The position numbers were made by a program, and so were the translations under genes. From positions 1 to 33,470 of IMG/VR virus record IMGVR_UViG_3300021197_000971: a stretch of 33,470 nucleotides of DNA; one strand, given 5' to 3'. This document shows positions 1 through 9,393 of the stretch, piece by piece (within the stretch, counting starts at the first letter, position 1; every line of letters begins with the position of its first letter). The notes under the pieces are model-generated. The model made no database searches and was not told the DNA's origin. It saw only the letters and a list, made by a program, of their open reading frames with translations. The stretch comes from a virus. Lineage: Duplodnaviria > Caudoviricetes.

Positions 1-28
1 CTCCTCACGGAAATTCAATGGGCTTCTG

Positions 29-421
29 ATGGTTCGTTCCTGCTTTATGTGTGAGCAGCCATTCACCGCAGATGACAGCAACACAAAGGTTTGCCTTGAG
101 TGCAACCCGTCTGGGTCAAGAGATAAGACAAACCCACTTGTTCGGTATGCACATTACAAAGAGGGTGCAGATGGCAGGGGGCTTTCTTTTGACCTTACTG
201 GCCCAGAGTTTTGGTCTTTTTGGCAAAAGCCTTGCGCCTACTGTGGCTCAGACATTGAGACAATCGGGCTTGATCGGATTAACCCGTCACAAGGTTATTC
301 TGTTGAAAACGTAACACCCTGCTGCTCTCGCTGCAATGAGATGAAAATGGCGGACACACTGGACACTTGGGTTTCTCACATGAAGAAAATCCTACAGCAC
401 ATGGAGAAGAAAAATGGGTGA
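29..421 (+). CDS. HNH-like (His-Me finger) homing endonuclease; frame is open to the window edge, so probably 5'-partial
   Basis: CAYCG...GLDRINPSQGYSVENVTPCCSRCNEMK motif typical of phage HNH-like nucleases; extra N-terminal CxxC...CxxC. Confidence 0.75.
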   Translation: MVRSCFMCEQPFTADDSNTKVCLECNPSGSRDKTNPLVRYAHYKEGADGRGLSFDLTGPEFWSFWQKPCAYCGSDIETIGLDRINPSQGYSVENVTPCCSRCNEMKMADTLDTWVSHMKKILQHMEKKNG

Positions 422-1151
422 TAAACTGGTGGCCTACTCTGGCTTCTCTGCCAGCAACTATTTGGAAATGCCGTATAACCCAGACCTCGACTTCGGGACG
501 GGTGACTTCTGTGTGATGGGGTGGATCAATTACAATGGCTCTGCAACATACGACACGATTGCATCTTATGGCGACGGTGTAATTGATAACACTGGCTGGC
601 ACTTGCGGGTGCAAACGGCTGGCGCTTTGGGTTGGTATGTTGGTCAAAACTTTCCGATTGCCGTAACTGGAAGTGTCATGGGCGCTGGACACAATCATTT
701 TTGCTGCGTCAGGAAAGATGGCGTTGCATATATTTATGTGAATGGCGTCCTGCAGGAAACTGAAGCCTTAGTAGGCACGGTGACTGTCGGCCCTTCTGCT
801 ACATTGCAGGTTGGTGAGTGCAATAACAACTCAACTATCACGGGCGTAACAACTGCGCCACAAGGTGGCTCCCTTGCCCTCCTCCGCATCTCAGCCACCG
901 CACCCACAGCCAACCAGATCGCCAAAATCTACGAGGACGAAAAGGTGCTGTTCCAAGACAACGCACAGGCAACCCTCTACGGCACATCCGATGCTGTGAC
1001 TGCCTTGGCTCATGATCCTGTAACTGACCTGCTCCACGTAGGAACGAGTGCTGGTCGCTCGGTCTTCCAAGGTCTGCGCCGGGTATCGAACACGACCACT
1101 GCGGTCGGAACTGCAATCAGCGCCAGCAATGGCCTAATCGTCGAGGAGTGA
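414..1151 (+). CDS. LamG/concanavalin-like virion (tail fibre-associated) protein, probably the C-terminal part of a larger gene
   Basis: DLDFGTGDFCVMGW and HFCCVRKDGVAYIYVNGVL are LamG_3-like motifs; tail module context. Confidence 0.7.
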   Translation: MGDKLVAYSGFSASNYLEMPYNPDLDFGTGDFCVMGWINYNGSATYDTIASYGDGVIDNTGWHLRVQTAGALGWYVGQNFPIAVTGSVMGAGHNHFCCVRKDGVAYIYVNGVLQETEALVGTVTVGPSATLQVGECNNNSTITGVTTAPQGGSLALLRISATAPTANQIAKIYEDEKVLFQDNAQATLYGTSDAVTALAHDPVTDLLHVGTSAGRSVFQGLRRVSNTTTAVGTAISASNGLIVEE

Positions 1152-1155
1152 TGAC

Positions 1156-1821
1156 ATGACCGTGTATATCGAAAAACCCGCAGTCAACCTCCGCGAGGAG
1201 CTGGCCTCTCTGCGCAAGCAGGGGGGCTATCAAGAGCAGCAGTTTTGGTTTGAGAACGCTGTCACGAATGGCACGTTTGATACTGATACGAGTGGGTGGA
1301 CTGCCAACGGCACTGCGACCCTAAGTGTCGTTTCAGGCGCATTGCGGATAACTCATAGCTCAAACGAATATGCCTCAACCGCTATTACAACTGTAGCAGG
1401 GCAAGTCTATTCGCTCACTCTTGATGCAATAGGGGGCACAGGAACAAGCTACCGCATTTTGGTTGGCAACTCAGCGGGCAATGGCTCTTTGTATATTGGT
1501 TCTACAACCACGCAAGGCGTTAGTCCGCCTCAGATTACATTTAAGGCAACGGGCACAACTCACTACATTACAATTCAGTGCTTTGGTTCGGGTTATCAGG
1601 ACTTCGACAACGTATCAGTCTACGAAACAGATGGCACTGATAGAGTCCACCGTATGCCAAAGGGCTGGGTTCCCAAGGATGTCTACGAGGATGGCCTGTT
1701 GCAGCGTGAAGGTGCAGTCCATGACTACGAAGTGGTCTACGATGGTTTCGATTATTTCGTTAAACCTACTGTAGCCCCATCAGCCGCTACTCAAACCTGC
1801 GTGATTGGAGTTAAAGCATGA
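1156..1821 (+). CDS. Virion protein with carbohydrate-binding-like (CBM4/9-type) domain
   Basis: VTNGTFDTDTSGW...FDNVSVYE jelly-roll signature; tail context. Confidence 0.6.
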   Translation: MTVYIEKPAVNLREELASLRKQGGYQEQQFWFENAVTNGTFDTDTSGWTANGTATLSVVSGALRITHSSNEYASTAITTVAGQVYSLTLDAIGGTGTSYRILVGNSAGNGSLYIGSTTTQGVSPPQITFKATGTTHYITIQCFGSGYQDFDNVSVYETDGTDRVHRMPKGWVPKDVYEDGLLQREGAVHDYEVVYDGFDYFVKPTVAPSAATQTCVIGVKA

Positions 1822-2336
1822 CCATCTTTGTAAACAAGGGTGACCTGCCTCTGACACCAGCACAGCTTGAGAAACGTGCGCAGAAGCACATCAAGCGTAT
1901 CTGGTCTGACCAAGCCCGTGAGAAGTCTGTACGTACATCTGACGGTGCCTTTGACGCTTTCATGGCATCCTTCTCTGCTGACCACGATGTGAACACCTCC
2001 AACAACACCTTCAACTGGCAGCTTGCAGAATACCGCAAGGCCACTGCACGGCTGGCCCGTTATGTCTTGGCTGATGGTCGCCCTGAAATCACCGAAGAGG
2101 TGCCAACAGGTGATTACGACGAGGGAGGCAATGAGGTCATGGAGAGTGTGCTTGTGCAGACTGCCGTAGAGCCGCTGGAAGCCACCGTAGAGCAGCTAGT
2201 CTACTCTGATGACCCTGACGTAGAGCCAACCACAGGGGCCGTCCCTAACCCCTCCATAGTGGCTGACACAGATGAACGTGCTGCTGCGCAAGCTGTGATT
2301 GATGCCACCCCCAAGAGTGTGAAAGACTTTAAGTAA
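1818..2336 (+). CDS. Hypothetical tail-associated protein (possible fibre assembly factor)
   Basis: Translationally coupled (ATGA and TAATG overlaps), acidic, phage-like codon usage. Confidence 0.5.
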   Translation: MTIFVNKGDLPLTPAQLEKRAQKHIKRIWSDQAREKSVRTSDGAFDAFMASFSADHDVNTSNNTFNWQLAEYRKATARLARYVLADGRPEITEEVPTGDYDEGGNEVMESVLVQTAVEPLEATVEQLVYSDDPDVEPTTGAVPNPSIVADTDERAAAQAVIDATPKSVKDFK

Positions 2337-2968
2337 TGGCAACCCGTGACCTCTCTACAGCTATCTCAGGCTCTCTTGAGCAGGATGTTATCTATCCGTT
2401 CTTTGTTATTGAGATGTTGTTTGACACTGCACCTATCAGACTGTGGACTGGTGTAGGAACCCTTGTTTATGAGGGTGTCTCTTACATTGGTACAGGCAGT
2501 CTCCTTGACATAAGTTCTATTGAGGAAACATCGGAGATAGCTGTTAGGGGTGCCACAATTACACTTAGCGGGATGAGTTCTGAAGTTATCTCTCTTGCTC
2601 TTCAATCACCATACCAAGGACGTGTGTGTAATATCTCTTTTGGTATGTTTGCCAAGGGTGATCTACTTGTTGAGAGTGGGTCTTACATTCTCCTAGAGAG
2701 TGGTGGAAAAATACCCCTAGAATCTCAAGAGACTGGCCTTAGCCAAATCTTTTCTGGTTACATGGATGAGATGAACATTGATGAGGGGCCAGACTTCGGG
2801 ACTATTGAACTCAAGGTTGAGAACAAGTTGGTTGATCTTGAGAGGGCTAGAGTGCGTAGGTTCACCAGTGGCTATCAGAAGTCTGTTTATCCCGGCGACA
2901 AAGGTCTGGACTTTGTGGAGTCGCTACAAGATAAAGATATTGTGTGGGGTCGTAGTGTCGCAAGTTAA
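2336..2968 (+). CDS. Minor tail / tail-tip hub protein (lambda gpL / DUF2163-like)
   Basis: LWTGVG...YIGTGSLL...IFSGYMDEM...YPGDKGLDFV...IVWG pattern; located upstream of the J-like protein. Confidence 0.7.
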   Translation: MATRDLSTAISGSLEQDVIYPFFVIEMLFDTAPIRLWTGVGTLVYEGVSYIGTGSLLDISSIEETSEIAVRGATITLSGMSSEVISLALQSPYQGRVCNISFGMFAKGDLLVESGSYILLESGGKIPLESQETGLSQIFSGYMDEMNIDEGPDFGTIELKVENKLVDLERARVRRFTSGYQKSVYPGDKGLDFVESLQDKDIVWGRSVAS

Positions 2969-3410
2969 TTACCAACAAGAGTTCTTGGATGATGTCAAAG
3001 GTGAATCTTTAGCCTTGATAGAGGGCCACTTCAATGAGGTCTACCCATGCAGGGATGTCTACAGTCTTGATATGGATTGGGACACCTACAGTAAATTGGA
3101 AGATATGGGTCTTGTCAAGATATTTACTGCCCGTGATTGTGGTACACTTGTAGGATACTTGTGGGTTATCTTATCCCCCAACATTCATTCCAAGGGTAGC
3201 TATACTGCTTGCGATGATGGGCTGTTTGTTACCAAATCCCATAGGGGGAAGATGGTGGCTGTAGAACTTATCAGGTTTGTTGAGAAGTGCCTAAAGGAAG
3301 ATGGCATCAAGACTTTCCACCTGGTTGGTACTGCTGAAAAACCTATTGACTCATTAGTAGAACGTATGGGCTACGCCAAGATAGAAACCAAATTCCAAAA
3401 GGTGTTATAA
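2955..3410 (+). CDS. GNAT-family acetyltransferase (probable GTG start at 2955)
   Basis: GTLVGY and LFVTKSHRGKMVAVELI (acetyl-CoA motif A), LVERMGY. Confidence 0.7.
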   Translation: MSQVNYQQEFLDDVKGESLALIEGHFNEVYPCRDVYSLDMDWDTYSKLEDMGLVKIFTARDCGTLVGYLWVILSPNIHSKGSYTACDDGLFVTKSHRGKMVAVELIRFVEKCLKEDGIKTFHLVGTAEKPIDSLVERMGYAKIETKFQKVL

Positions 3411-5953
3411 TGGCCATCTTTACCGCCGCCGCCACACTTGGTGCATCTATACTAGGCGCTGCTGCTGGGACTATTACCTTTGCTACTGTAGCCGTAGGTT
3501 TCCTTGCACAAGCAGCACTTGGCCTTGCGCTCAACGCACTTACACCAAAGCCCAGATTAGGCAATCTAGCAGGTGGTCGTGGCTACAATGTAAACCAAAG
3601 GGGTTCAGCCTTAGACCATCAAATCATCTACGGGGAAGCTAGGGTTGGTGGTGTTATCGTATTCCAAGGTGCTACAGGTGCCAACAACAAATTCCTGCAC
3701 CAGATCGCAGCTTATGCTGGGCATGAGATTGAATCCTTTGAGGATATCTACATCAATGATGCAAGGGTTACAAGCCTTTCTGCTGATGGTAATGTAGAGA
3801 CTGTAGAATTGCCGGATGGTACTAGCAGTAATAGGTACAGTGGGTTTATAAGGATCAACAAGCACCTTGGATCACCTGACCAAGTGGCAGATACAGACCT
3901 TGTTTCAGAGGTGGATGACTGGACAGCAGAGCATAGGCTCAGGGGTATCGCTTACCTTTATGCAAGGCTTGCCTTCGATCAAAACGTATTCCCCAATGGT
4001 GTGCCCCAAGTAACTGCAACCATCCGTGGTAAGAAGTTGTATGACCCAAGGACCGGAACTACAGTGTGGTCTGACAACCCTGCCCTGTGCTTGAGGGATT
4101 ACCTGTCAGAAGGTTATGGTCTTTCTGAGGAAGATGCCAATATTGATGATGACCTTGTTATTGCTGCTGCCAATGTGTGTGACCAGACCAATACTGTAGC
4201 AGGGACAAAGAGGTTTACTTGCAACGGCAACTTTACAACTGACTCCTCCCCATACGATGTCTTTAGTGACCTGCTAACTTCTATGGGAGGTCTGTTGTGG
4301 TATGCTCAGGGTAAGTGGCGTATGAAGCCCGCTTATTGGGTGGCACCTACAGTTACATTTACTGAGGATGACCTTCGTAGTAGTATCGGCGTAAAGACCC
4401 GGCACTCTCGTAGGGATAACTTCAATACTGTCAGGGGTACTTTCCGTGGGGAAGAGAGTAACTGGCAAGTAACGGACTATCCAGAGGTTACTAACTCTGC
4501 TTTCATTTCCGCTGATGGTGGTCAAGAGAGTGTTGCTGACATTGAATTACCATTTACTGACAACTCCATTGAAGCCCGTAGGATTGCCCGTATTGCCCTT
4601 GAGCGTAACAGGCAACAGCTTACTGTCAGTGCATCCTTTGGTATGAGCGCCTTTCAGGTTCAAGTGGGTGATGTAGTTAACCTCACTATTGACCGTTTCG
4701 GTTGGTCATCTAAAGCCTTTGAGGTAGTCTCATGGACCTTTGGTCTGGCTGATAACCAAGACCTTCAAGTTCAAATGCAACTCAGGGAAATCTCTGAGAG
4801 TGTGTTTGATGAGGTTGACGATGGGATTATCTACGAAAGAGACAACACAACCCTATTGTCACCATTTGATGTCCCTGCTGTTGGTGTAAGTGCTGAAGCC
4901 TCTCTACAGTTGACCAACCAGAAGGTTTCCAACATTGCTGTAGTCACAGTGTCATCTGGTAGGCCAGAGGGTATTGACTTTGTTGAACTTGAATATAAGA
5001 AGTCATCCGACACTGAGTTCTCTACATTCGGGACCGGACCATTGGGTAAGTTCCTTGTAAGGGATCTTGAGACAGGGATATACGATTTTAGGGCAAGGGC
5101 TGTCAACACTTTTGGTATCCGTGGTGATTTTGAAATCCTGTCTAATGCTGAAATCAACGCTTTTGCTGGTGATCCATCTGATGTTGGGTCAATAACAAAA
5201 GAAATCTCTGGTGGTACTCTATTCCTGAGTTGGCCCGCTTTGACTGACTCTGACCTTAGCCACTATGAGATAAAACACAATTCAAACACAACAGGGGCTA
5301 CTTGGTCTAATTCCACCACCATTATTGAAAAGGTTGCTAGGCCAGCCACTAACGCAACAGTACCAGCCCGATCTGGCACATTCCTGATAAGGGCTTATGA
5401 CAAAGAGGGCAACTTTAGTGTAACACCCACCACTGTTGTTGTACTGCCTTCTGAACTACCTATCCTTGGAACTACTGAGGAATTAATTGAAAGCCCTACA
5501 TTCTCAGGTGCAAAGACTAATTTGATTGTAGCGTCCAGTGAACTTCTCATAGATGATACTTCTGCTGGTAGTCCGACTGGTGAGTATATCTTCTCGGATG
5601 TAATTGATACTGGTAGTGTTAGAAGTGCTAGGGTCACAGGCTTCAGAACATTCACTCGTGTATTTGATGGTGGTACTCTCTTGTGGGATGATGTCCCTGA
5701 GAACATTGATGAGTGGCCGGGTCTGTTTGACACTTGGACTGACGAGGATGCTGGTTTCGGTGATGTGTCTGCCATTGTGTACGTTTCTGCTACTGACGAT
5801 GACCCGGCAGGTACGCCTACTTGGGGTGCATATGAGCCTGCTAATGGTTCCTCTTACATTGGAAGAGCCTTCAGGTTCAAGGCAGTATTGAGCAGTGAAA
5901 ACACAAGCTACACCCCATCTGTATCTGCACTCAGTGTCAAAGTAGAATACTAA
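3410..5953 (+). CDS. Central tail fibre / tip attachment protein (lambda J-like, with FN3 domains)
   Basis: HQIIYGEARVGG, LRGIAYLY, GKKLYDPR...WSDNPALC motifs; FN3-like YDFRARAVN; 847 aa. Confidence 0.85.
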   Translation: MAIFTAAATLGASILGAAAGTITFATVAVGFLAQAALGLALNALTPKPRLGNLAGGRGYNVNQRGSALDHQIIYGEARVGGVIVFQGATGANNKFLHQIAAYAGHEIESFEDIYINDARVTSLSADGNVETVELPDGTSSNRYSGFIRINKHLGSPDQVADTDLVSEVDDWTAEHRLRGIAYLYARLAFDQNVFPNGVPQVTATIRGKKLYDPRTGTTVWSDNPALCLRDYLSEGYGLSEEDANIDDDLVIAAANVCDQTNTVAGTKRFTCNGNFTTDSSPYDVFSDLLTSMGGLLWYAQGKWRMKPAYWVAPTVTFTEDDLRSSIGVKTRHSRRDNFNTVRGTFRGEESNWQVTDYPEVTNSAFISADGGQESVADIELPFTDNSIEARRIARIALERNRQQLTVSASFGMSAFQVQVGDVVNLTIDRFGWSSKAFEVVSWTFGLADNQDLQVQMQLREISESVFDEVDDGIIYERDNTTLLSPFDVPAVGVSAEASLQLTNQKVSNIAVVTVSSGRPEGIDFVELEYKKSSDTEFSTFGTGPLGKFLVRDLETGIYDFRARAVNTFGIRGDFEILSNAEINAFAGDPSDVGSITKEISGGTLFLSWPALTDSDLSHYEIKHNSNTTGATWSNSTTIIEKVARPATNATVPARSGTFLIRAYDKEGNFSVTPTTVVVLPSELPILGTTEELIESPTFSGAKTNLIVASSELLIDDTSAGSPTGEYIFSDVIDTGSVRSARVTGFRTFTRVFDGGTLLWDDVPENIDEWPGLFDTWTDEDAGFGDVSAIVYVSATDDDPAGTPTWGAYEPANGSSYIGRAFRFKAVLSSENTSYTPSVSALSVKVEY

Positions 5954-5965
5954 AGGAACACTTAA

Positions 5966-6652
5966 ATGTCACAAAACGACTTCAGCATTGCCAACCAAAC
6001 GGCATCTAACTTCAGGGCTGATCTTAACAGTGCCCTACAAGCTCTTGCCAGTTTATCCTCTGGTAGCACAGCACCAACTACAACCTACGCCAACATGTTT
6101 TGGTATGACACTGGAACGAATATCCTAAAGATACGTTCTGAGGCTGATGATGCTTGGATTAACTTTGGTTACTTGGACCAAACAGCCAACGCCTTCCGTA
6201 TCCTTGATGATACTCAAGTTACTAACACAAGTGGTACTCAGACAGGTCTATTGGGGGATCAGGCTACAGCTACATGGGAGACAGGGACAAGCACTACTGA
6301 GAGCCTTGTAAGCCCTGCCAAAGTGAAGGCTGCGATTGATGCCCTTGTCCCTGCACAAGACCCCTCTCTGGGAGAAGGCCAATCATGGGCAACCGCATCT
6401 AGGACTGCTGGCGTATCTTACCAGAATACCTCAGGTAGACCTATCCAGATTAGCGTTAGGGTGTCTAGGACAACCACTGGCGGGCCAGAGCCTGTAACCA
6501 CCACGGGCAGTGTTGAAGTTTCCACAGACGGGTCAACTTGGGTCACTGTTGCCCTGCCTGTGGTTGATGGTGATATCATGTGTAACGTGGTCATACCAAA
6601 CAACCATTATTACAGGTACACCAACGGTACGTTCCTGGCAATACTCAGCTAA
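5966..6652 (+). CDS. Tail fibre / receptor-binding-like protein
   Basis: N-terminal FRADLNSALQAL...WYDT anchor motif, VSPAKVKAAI, C-terminal YQNTSGRPI domain; AAGGA RBS. Confidence 0.65.
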   Translation: MSQNDFSIANQTASNFRADLNSALQALASLSSGSTAPTTTYANMFWYDTGTNILKIRSEADDAWINFGYLDQTANAFRILDDTQVTNTSGTQTGLLGDQATATWETGTSTTESLVSPAKVKAAIDALVPAQDPSLGEGQSWATASRTAGVSYQNTSGRPIQISVRVSRTTTGGPEPVTTTGSVEVSTDGSTWVTVALPVVDGDIMCNVVIPNNHYYRYTNGTFLAILS

Positions 6653-6681
6653 ACCCTCTTGTACAATGAATTGGAATTAAC

Positions 6682-7062
6682 ATGACCTATAGATTAGGCA
6701 CCCGTAGTATGCAGCACCTATCCGGTGTACACCCTGATCTGGTTGCTGTAGTCAAACGCGCTATTGAAATCACTGAGCAAGACTTTAGTGTTATCGAAGG
6801 TGTACGTAACATTGAGAGGCAAAGGCAACTGGTAGCCAAGGGTGCATCTCGGACAATGAAGTCTAGGCACCTCACAGGACATGCTGTAGACCTTGCACCA
6901 TATCCACTGTCTTGGGATTGGGAATACTTTTACCCTATTGCTGATGCTATGAAACAAGCTGCTGAAGAACTTGGTGTTGACTTGGAGTGGGGCGGCGATT
7001 GGAAATCCTTTAAGGACGGCCCCCACTTCCAGTTGTCCCATAAAAAATACCCTGCTAGATGA
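6682..7062 (+). CDS. Endolysin, M15 family L-Ala-D-Glu peptidase
   Basis: EGVR...RQ...SRHLTGHAVD...WGGDW...DGPHFQL zinc-peptidase motifs. Confidence 0.9.
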   Translation: MTYRLGTRSMQHLSGVHPDLVAVVKRAIEITEQDFSVIEGVRNIERQRQLVAKGASRTMKSRHLTGHAVDLAPYPLSWDWEYFYPIADAMKQAAEELGVDLEWGGDWKSFKDGPHFQLSHKKYPAR

Positions 7063-7071
7063 GGTTGAACC

Positions 7072-7287
7072 GTGCAAGAAGAAAGCATAAGCAGACGGCT
7101 GGATAACCTAGAGAACAGGATTATAGCATTGGAGAAGGATTCGGCTGTAGTTGGCGTTGAGTTCTTGTCAGTAAAGAGTGACCTGAAAGAGATAAAGGAT
7201 TCTATTAACTGGGTAACACGCCTGATTCTTGGGGCTTTAATATTAGCTGTTGTAGGCTTTGTTTTGGGTGGGGGACTGACAATATGA
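7072..7287 (+). CDS. Holin-like / XhlA-like membrane protein
   Basis: Coiled coil plus single C-terminal transmembrane helix, directly after the endolysin. Confidence 0.55.
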   Translation: MQEESISRRLDNLENRIIALEKDSAVVGVEFLSVKSDLKEIKDSINWVTRLILGALILAVVGFVLGGGLTI

Positions 7288-7715
7288 TAACCAAAGTCAC
7301 AAAATACCCTGCGTACTTCTTGATGGGTGTTTTATCCTATATGCTTATAGAACCACTAATCACTTATTGGGACGTTAAGCCATTCTATGACATGGAGGTG
7401 AGGGTTGTTGAGTGGGGTGAGGATGGTCTTACCCTTGCCGGGACTTTTAACAAGAATGACAAGTGCCAACTGATTACCTTCTCTGTCCTGGCTTTTAATA
7501 ATGGTGTCCCTAGATATGTAGACTACACAGACCTTGACGGGCTGGCTTATAACTTTGATAGAGAGGCTGGCGAACAAGGGATTAACATCTTTGTGCCAAC
7601 GCCTGTGGATGCAGTGGATTACGTTGAACTCCGTGCAAGACACAAGTGCATTATAGACAAAGATGGTAACACAGAGGTCAAGACCAGAGTGATAAGTAGG
7701 CATGAAGCAAAGTAA
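7284..7715 (+). CDS. Membrane-anchored periplasmic protein in the lysis cassette
   Basis: N-terminal TM helix, beta-rich domain with two Cys; coupled to neighbours. Confidence 0.5.
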   Translation: MITKVTKYPAYFLMGVLSYMLIEPLITYWDVKPFYDMEVRVVEWGEDGLTLAGTFNKNDKCQLITFSVLAFNNGVPRYVDYTDLDGLAYNFDREAGEQGINIFVPTPVDAVDYVELRARHKCIIDKDGNTEVKTRVISRHEAK

Positions 7716-7914
7716 GACATGGAAACGTGAGGTCGCTACAGCCCTATTCCTGTGGCTAGTTTACCTGGTAGAAACCAAGGAGCCTGAAGTTGTTGAAATA
7801 CTTGCCTTCCCGATATTCACGTTTGGTGCTTTGGCCTTTGGCCTTCAGTGGTACTCTCCTAATGGCGGGTTGTTCGGTCAATCCACTGGACCTACTGACA
7901 GGGGGAGGGGTTAA
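7702..7914 (+). CDS. Small two-TM holin-like protein
   Basis: Two hydrophobic segments, basic N-terminus, lysis context. Confidence 0.5.
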   Translation: MKQSKTWKREVATALFLWLVYLVETKEPEVVEILAFPIFTFGALAFGLQWYSPNGGLFGQSTGPTDRGRG

Positions 7915-8191
7915 TACAGCAGCCAACGTGCAGGCGGGGAGAACCAATACACAGACGGTAGGGACAACCTCACTGACAGACCAAAAGATAGTGAGGCCAC
8001 AAGCCAGAGATATTCGTCAGACAGCAGATACCAACACGGTAAGTTCGGATAGGGTAGAAACTGTAGTGGTCAATGAAGTTCCTGCATGGGTAATCCTGCT
8101 GCTTATACTCGGTTGGCTGTTCCCTAGCCCCAATGAGATTGGTAGATGGTTTAATTCCCTTATCACAAGAAAAAAGACCCCACCCGAATAA
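7790..8191 (+). CDS. Putative unimolecular spanin (lipoprotein with C-terminal TM); start uncertain
   Basis: Lipobox LLMAG-C followed by S-V-N; C-terminal TM VPAWVILLLILGWLF; last gene of the lysis cassette. Confidence 0.65.
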   Translation: MLKYLPSRYSRLVLWPLAFSGTLLMAGCSVNPLDLLTGGGVNTAANVQAGRTNTQTVGTTSLTDQKIVRPQARDIRQTADTNTVSSDRVETVVVNEVPAWVILLLILGWLFPSPNEIGRWFNSLITRKKTPPE

Positions 8192-8223
8192 ACAGGTGGA
8201 GCCTTCATCAGTATTCTTATGTG

Positions 8224-8257
8224 CCCTCGTTACGAAAGTAGCGGGGGTTTTTCTTTT
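8224..8257 (+). terminator. Intrinsic terminator between the convergent late and replication arms
   Basis: CCCTCGTTAC-GAAA-GTAGCGGGGG hairpin followed by TTTTTCTTTT. Confidence 0.8.
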
Positions 8258-8258
8258 G

Positions 8259-8471
8259 TCAGCTACTTTCACTCAAGGCAAAACACTCTGCACTTGAGAT
8301 GTACGCACCCTCTGGCAATGACTGACCTACAATGAAGATGCCATTATTAAGGCTGTCAGTGCAGGATTCCTTGTCCAAGTACAAGACTTGGGATGAGACT
8401 GGTAAACACCCACCTACAATGGTAGGGTCAATAGGGGGAAGCCCGCAAATCATTATTACACCTAAGTACAT
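8259..8471 (-). CDS. Hypothetical Cys-containing small protein
   Basis: 70-aa ORF, GGAG RBS, in operon order. Confidence 0.55.
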   Translation of the reverse strand: MYLGVIMICGLPPIDPTIVGGCLPVSSQVLYLDKESCTDSLNNGIFIVGQSLPEGAYISSAECFALSESS

Positions 8472-8472
8472 A

Positions 8473-8655
8473 TCAGTTCTCCTTGTTTTCAGTTAGGTTA
8501 ATTCCGTGAAAGTCATCAAACTTCTTACCCATGTAGGATGAGACATATATCATAATGACTGCCATAGATGAAAGTGTTTTCCAAATGTGCCCGATAACCA
8601 ACACCAAGAGTAGGGTCACTAGCAGGTTAACAGCAAACAGGATTGGTGTAAGCAC
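8473..8655 (-). CDS. Hypothetical membrane protein
   Basis: 60 aa, hydrophobic N-terminus, GGAG RBS. Confidence 0.55.
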   Translation of the reverse strand: MLTPILFAVNLLVTLLLVLVIGHIWKTLSSMAVIMIYVSSYMGKKFDDFHGINLTENKEN

Positions 8656-8657
8656 TA

Positions 8658-8930
8658 TTATCTCCCCTCTATTTGAGCAAGCATACGATCCGCATAATAC
8701 TTGATCTTCTTCAGGTCATACTCAAGGGAGATACCCTCTTTGTTACCTAGTCGATATGCAGCCTTGAAAATATTCCCTTGGGCGAATGACATCTGCTTAT
8801 ACTCAATAAGATCATTAAGTGTTTCACATCCCTTAGGGAAGTCATAGTATTCTGATGGACCTCCGTCACTGGCAATCTTTCCTGCATCCATCTCCCTGTT
8901 CCTCTTTTGCATGTATCCATAGTAACTCAT
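8658..8930 (-). CDS. DUF3310-like protein (putative nucleotide kinase family)
   Basis: FAQGNIFKAAYRLGNK...DLKKIKYY motif. Confidence 0.7.
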   Translation of the reverse strand: MSYYGYMQKRNREMDAGKIASDGGPSEYYDFPKGCETLNDLIEYKQMSFAQGNIFKAAYRLGNKEGISLEYDLKKIKYYADRMLAQIEGR

Positions 8931-9349
8931 CAGAAACTCACACCAACGCCGATGGTTGCTGTAGTGTGGCTGAAGCTGTCATGTGTAACACCAAGGATGA
9001 TACGAGTGTTTTCTGTCAGGTCTCCACCAACACCAATGGACACTTCCGAGTATCCATCGAAGTCATAGGACAAACCTACACCAACGCCATTCCCGGTGAA
9101 GGAGTTCATAGCTGCTGTGAGAGACAACCCACGGGGTTTCATAGCCTCTTCTAGTTCTTCTTGTGTAGCCATGTCACGGGAGGTGATTGGCTTTTTGGTG
9201 GTGTATGTAGAACCCCCCTGCTCAATCTCATAGACCACACCATTGTTGTCTGTGTAGATGTAGTTGTTAGGGCTGTCTGCAAAAGCTGCAAACGTAAGGA
9301 GGGAGAGGGTAGCCATAGCTGCTACGAGTGTACGTACAATAGTTTTCAT
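8930..9349 (-). CDS. Secreted outer-membrane protein with YadA-like trimeric autotransporter anchor
   Basis: Signal peptide MKTIV...AAFA; helix followed by four amphipathic beta-strands ending IGVGVSF (terminal Phe). Confidence 0.6.
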   Translation of the reverse strand: MKTIVRTLVAAMATLSLLTFAAFADSPNNYIYTDNNGVVYEIEQGGSTYTTKKPITSRDMATQEELEEAMKPRGLSLTAAMNSFTGNGVGVGLSYDFDGYSEVSIGVGGDLTENTRIILGVTHDSFSHTTATIGVGVSF

Positions 9350-9393
9350 TGTTAGTTTCCTTCTTTTGCATTTATTCATAGTAACTCATATAA

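Noticed and set aside
2778-2954. N-terminal extension of the GNAT ORF
   Set aside because: Overlaps the hub gene out of frame; GTG 2955 gives a normal-sized GNAT
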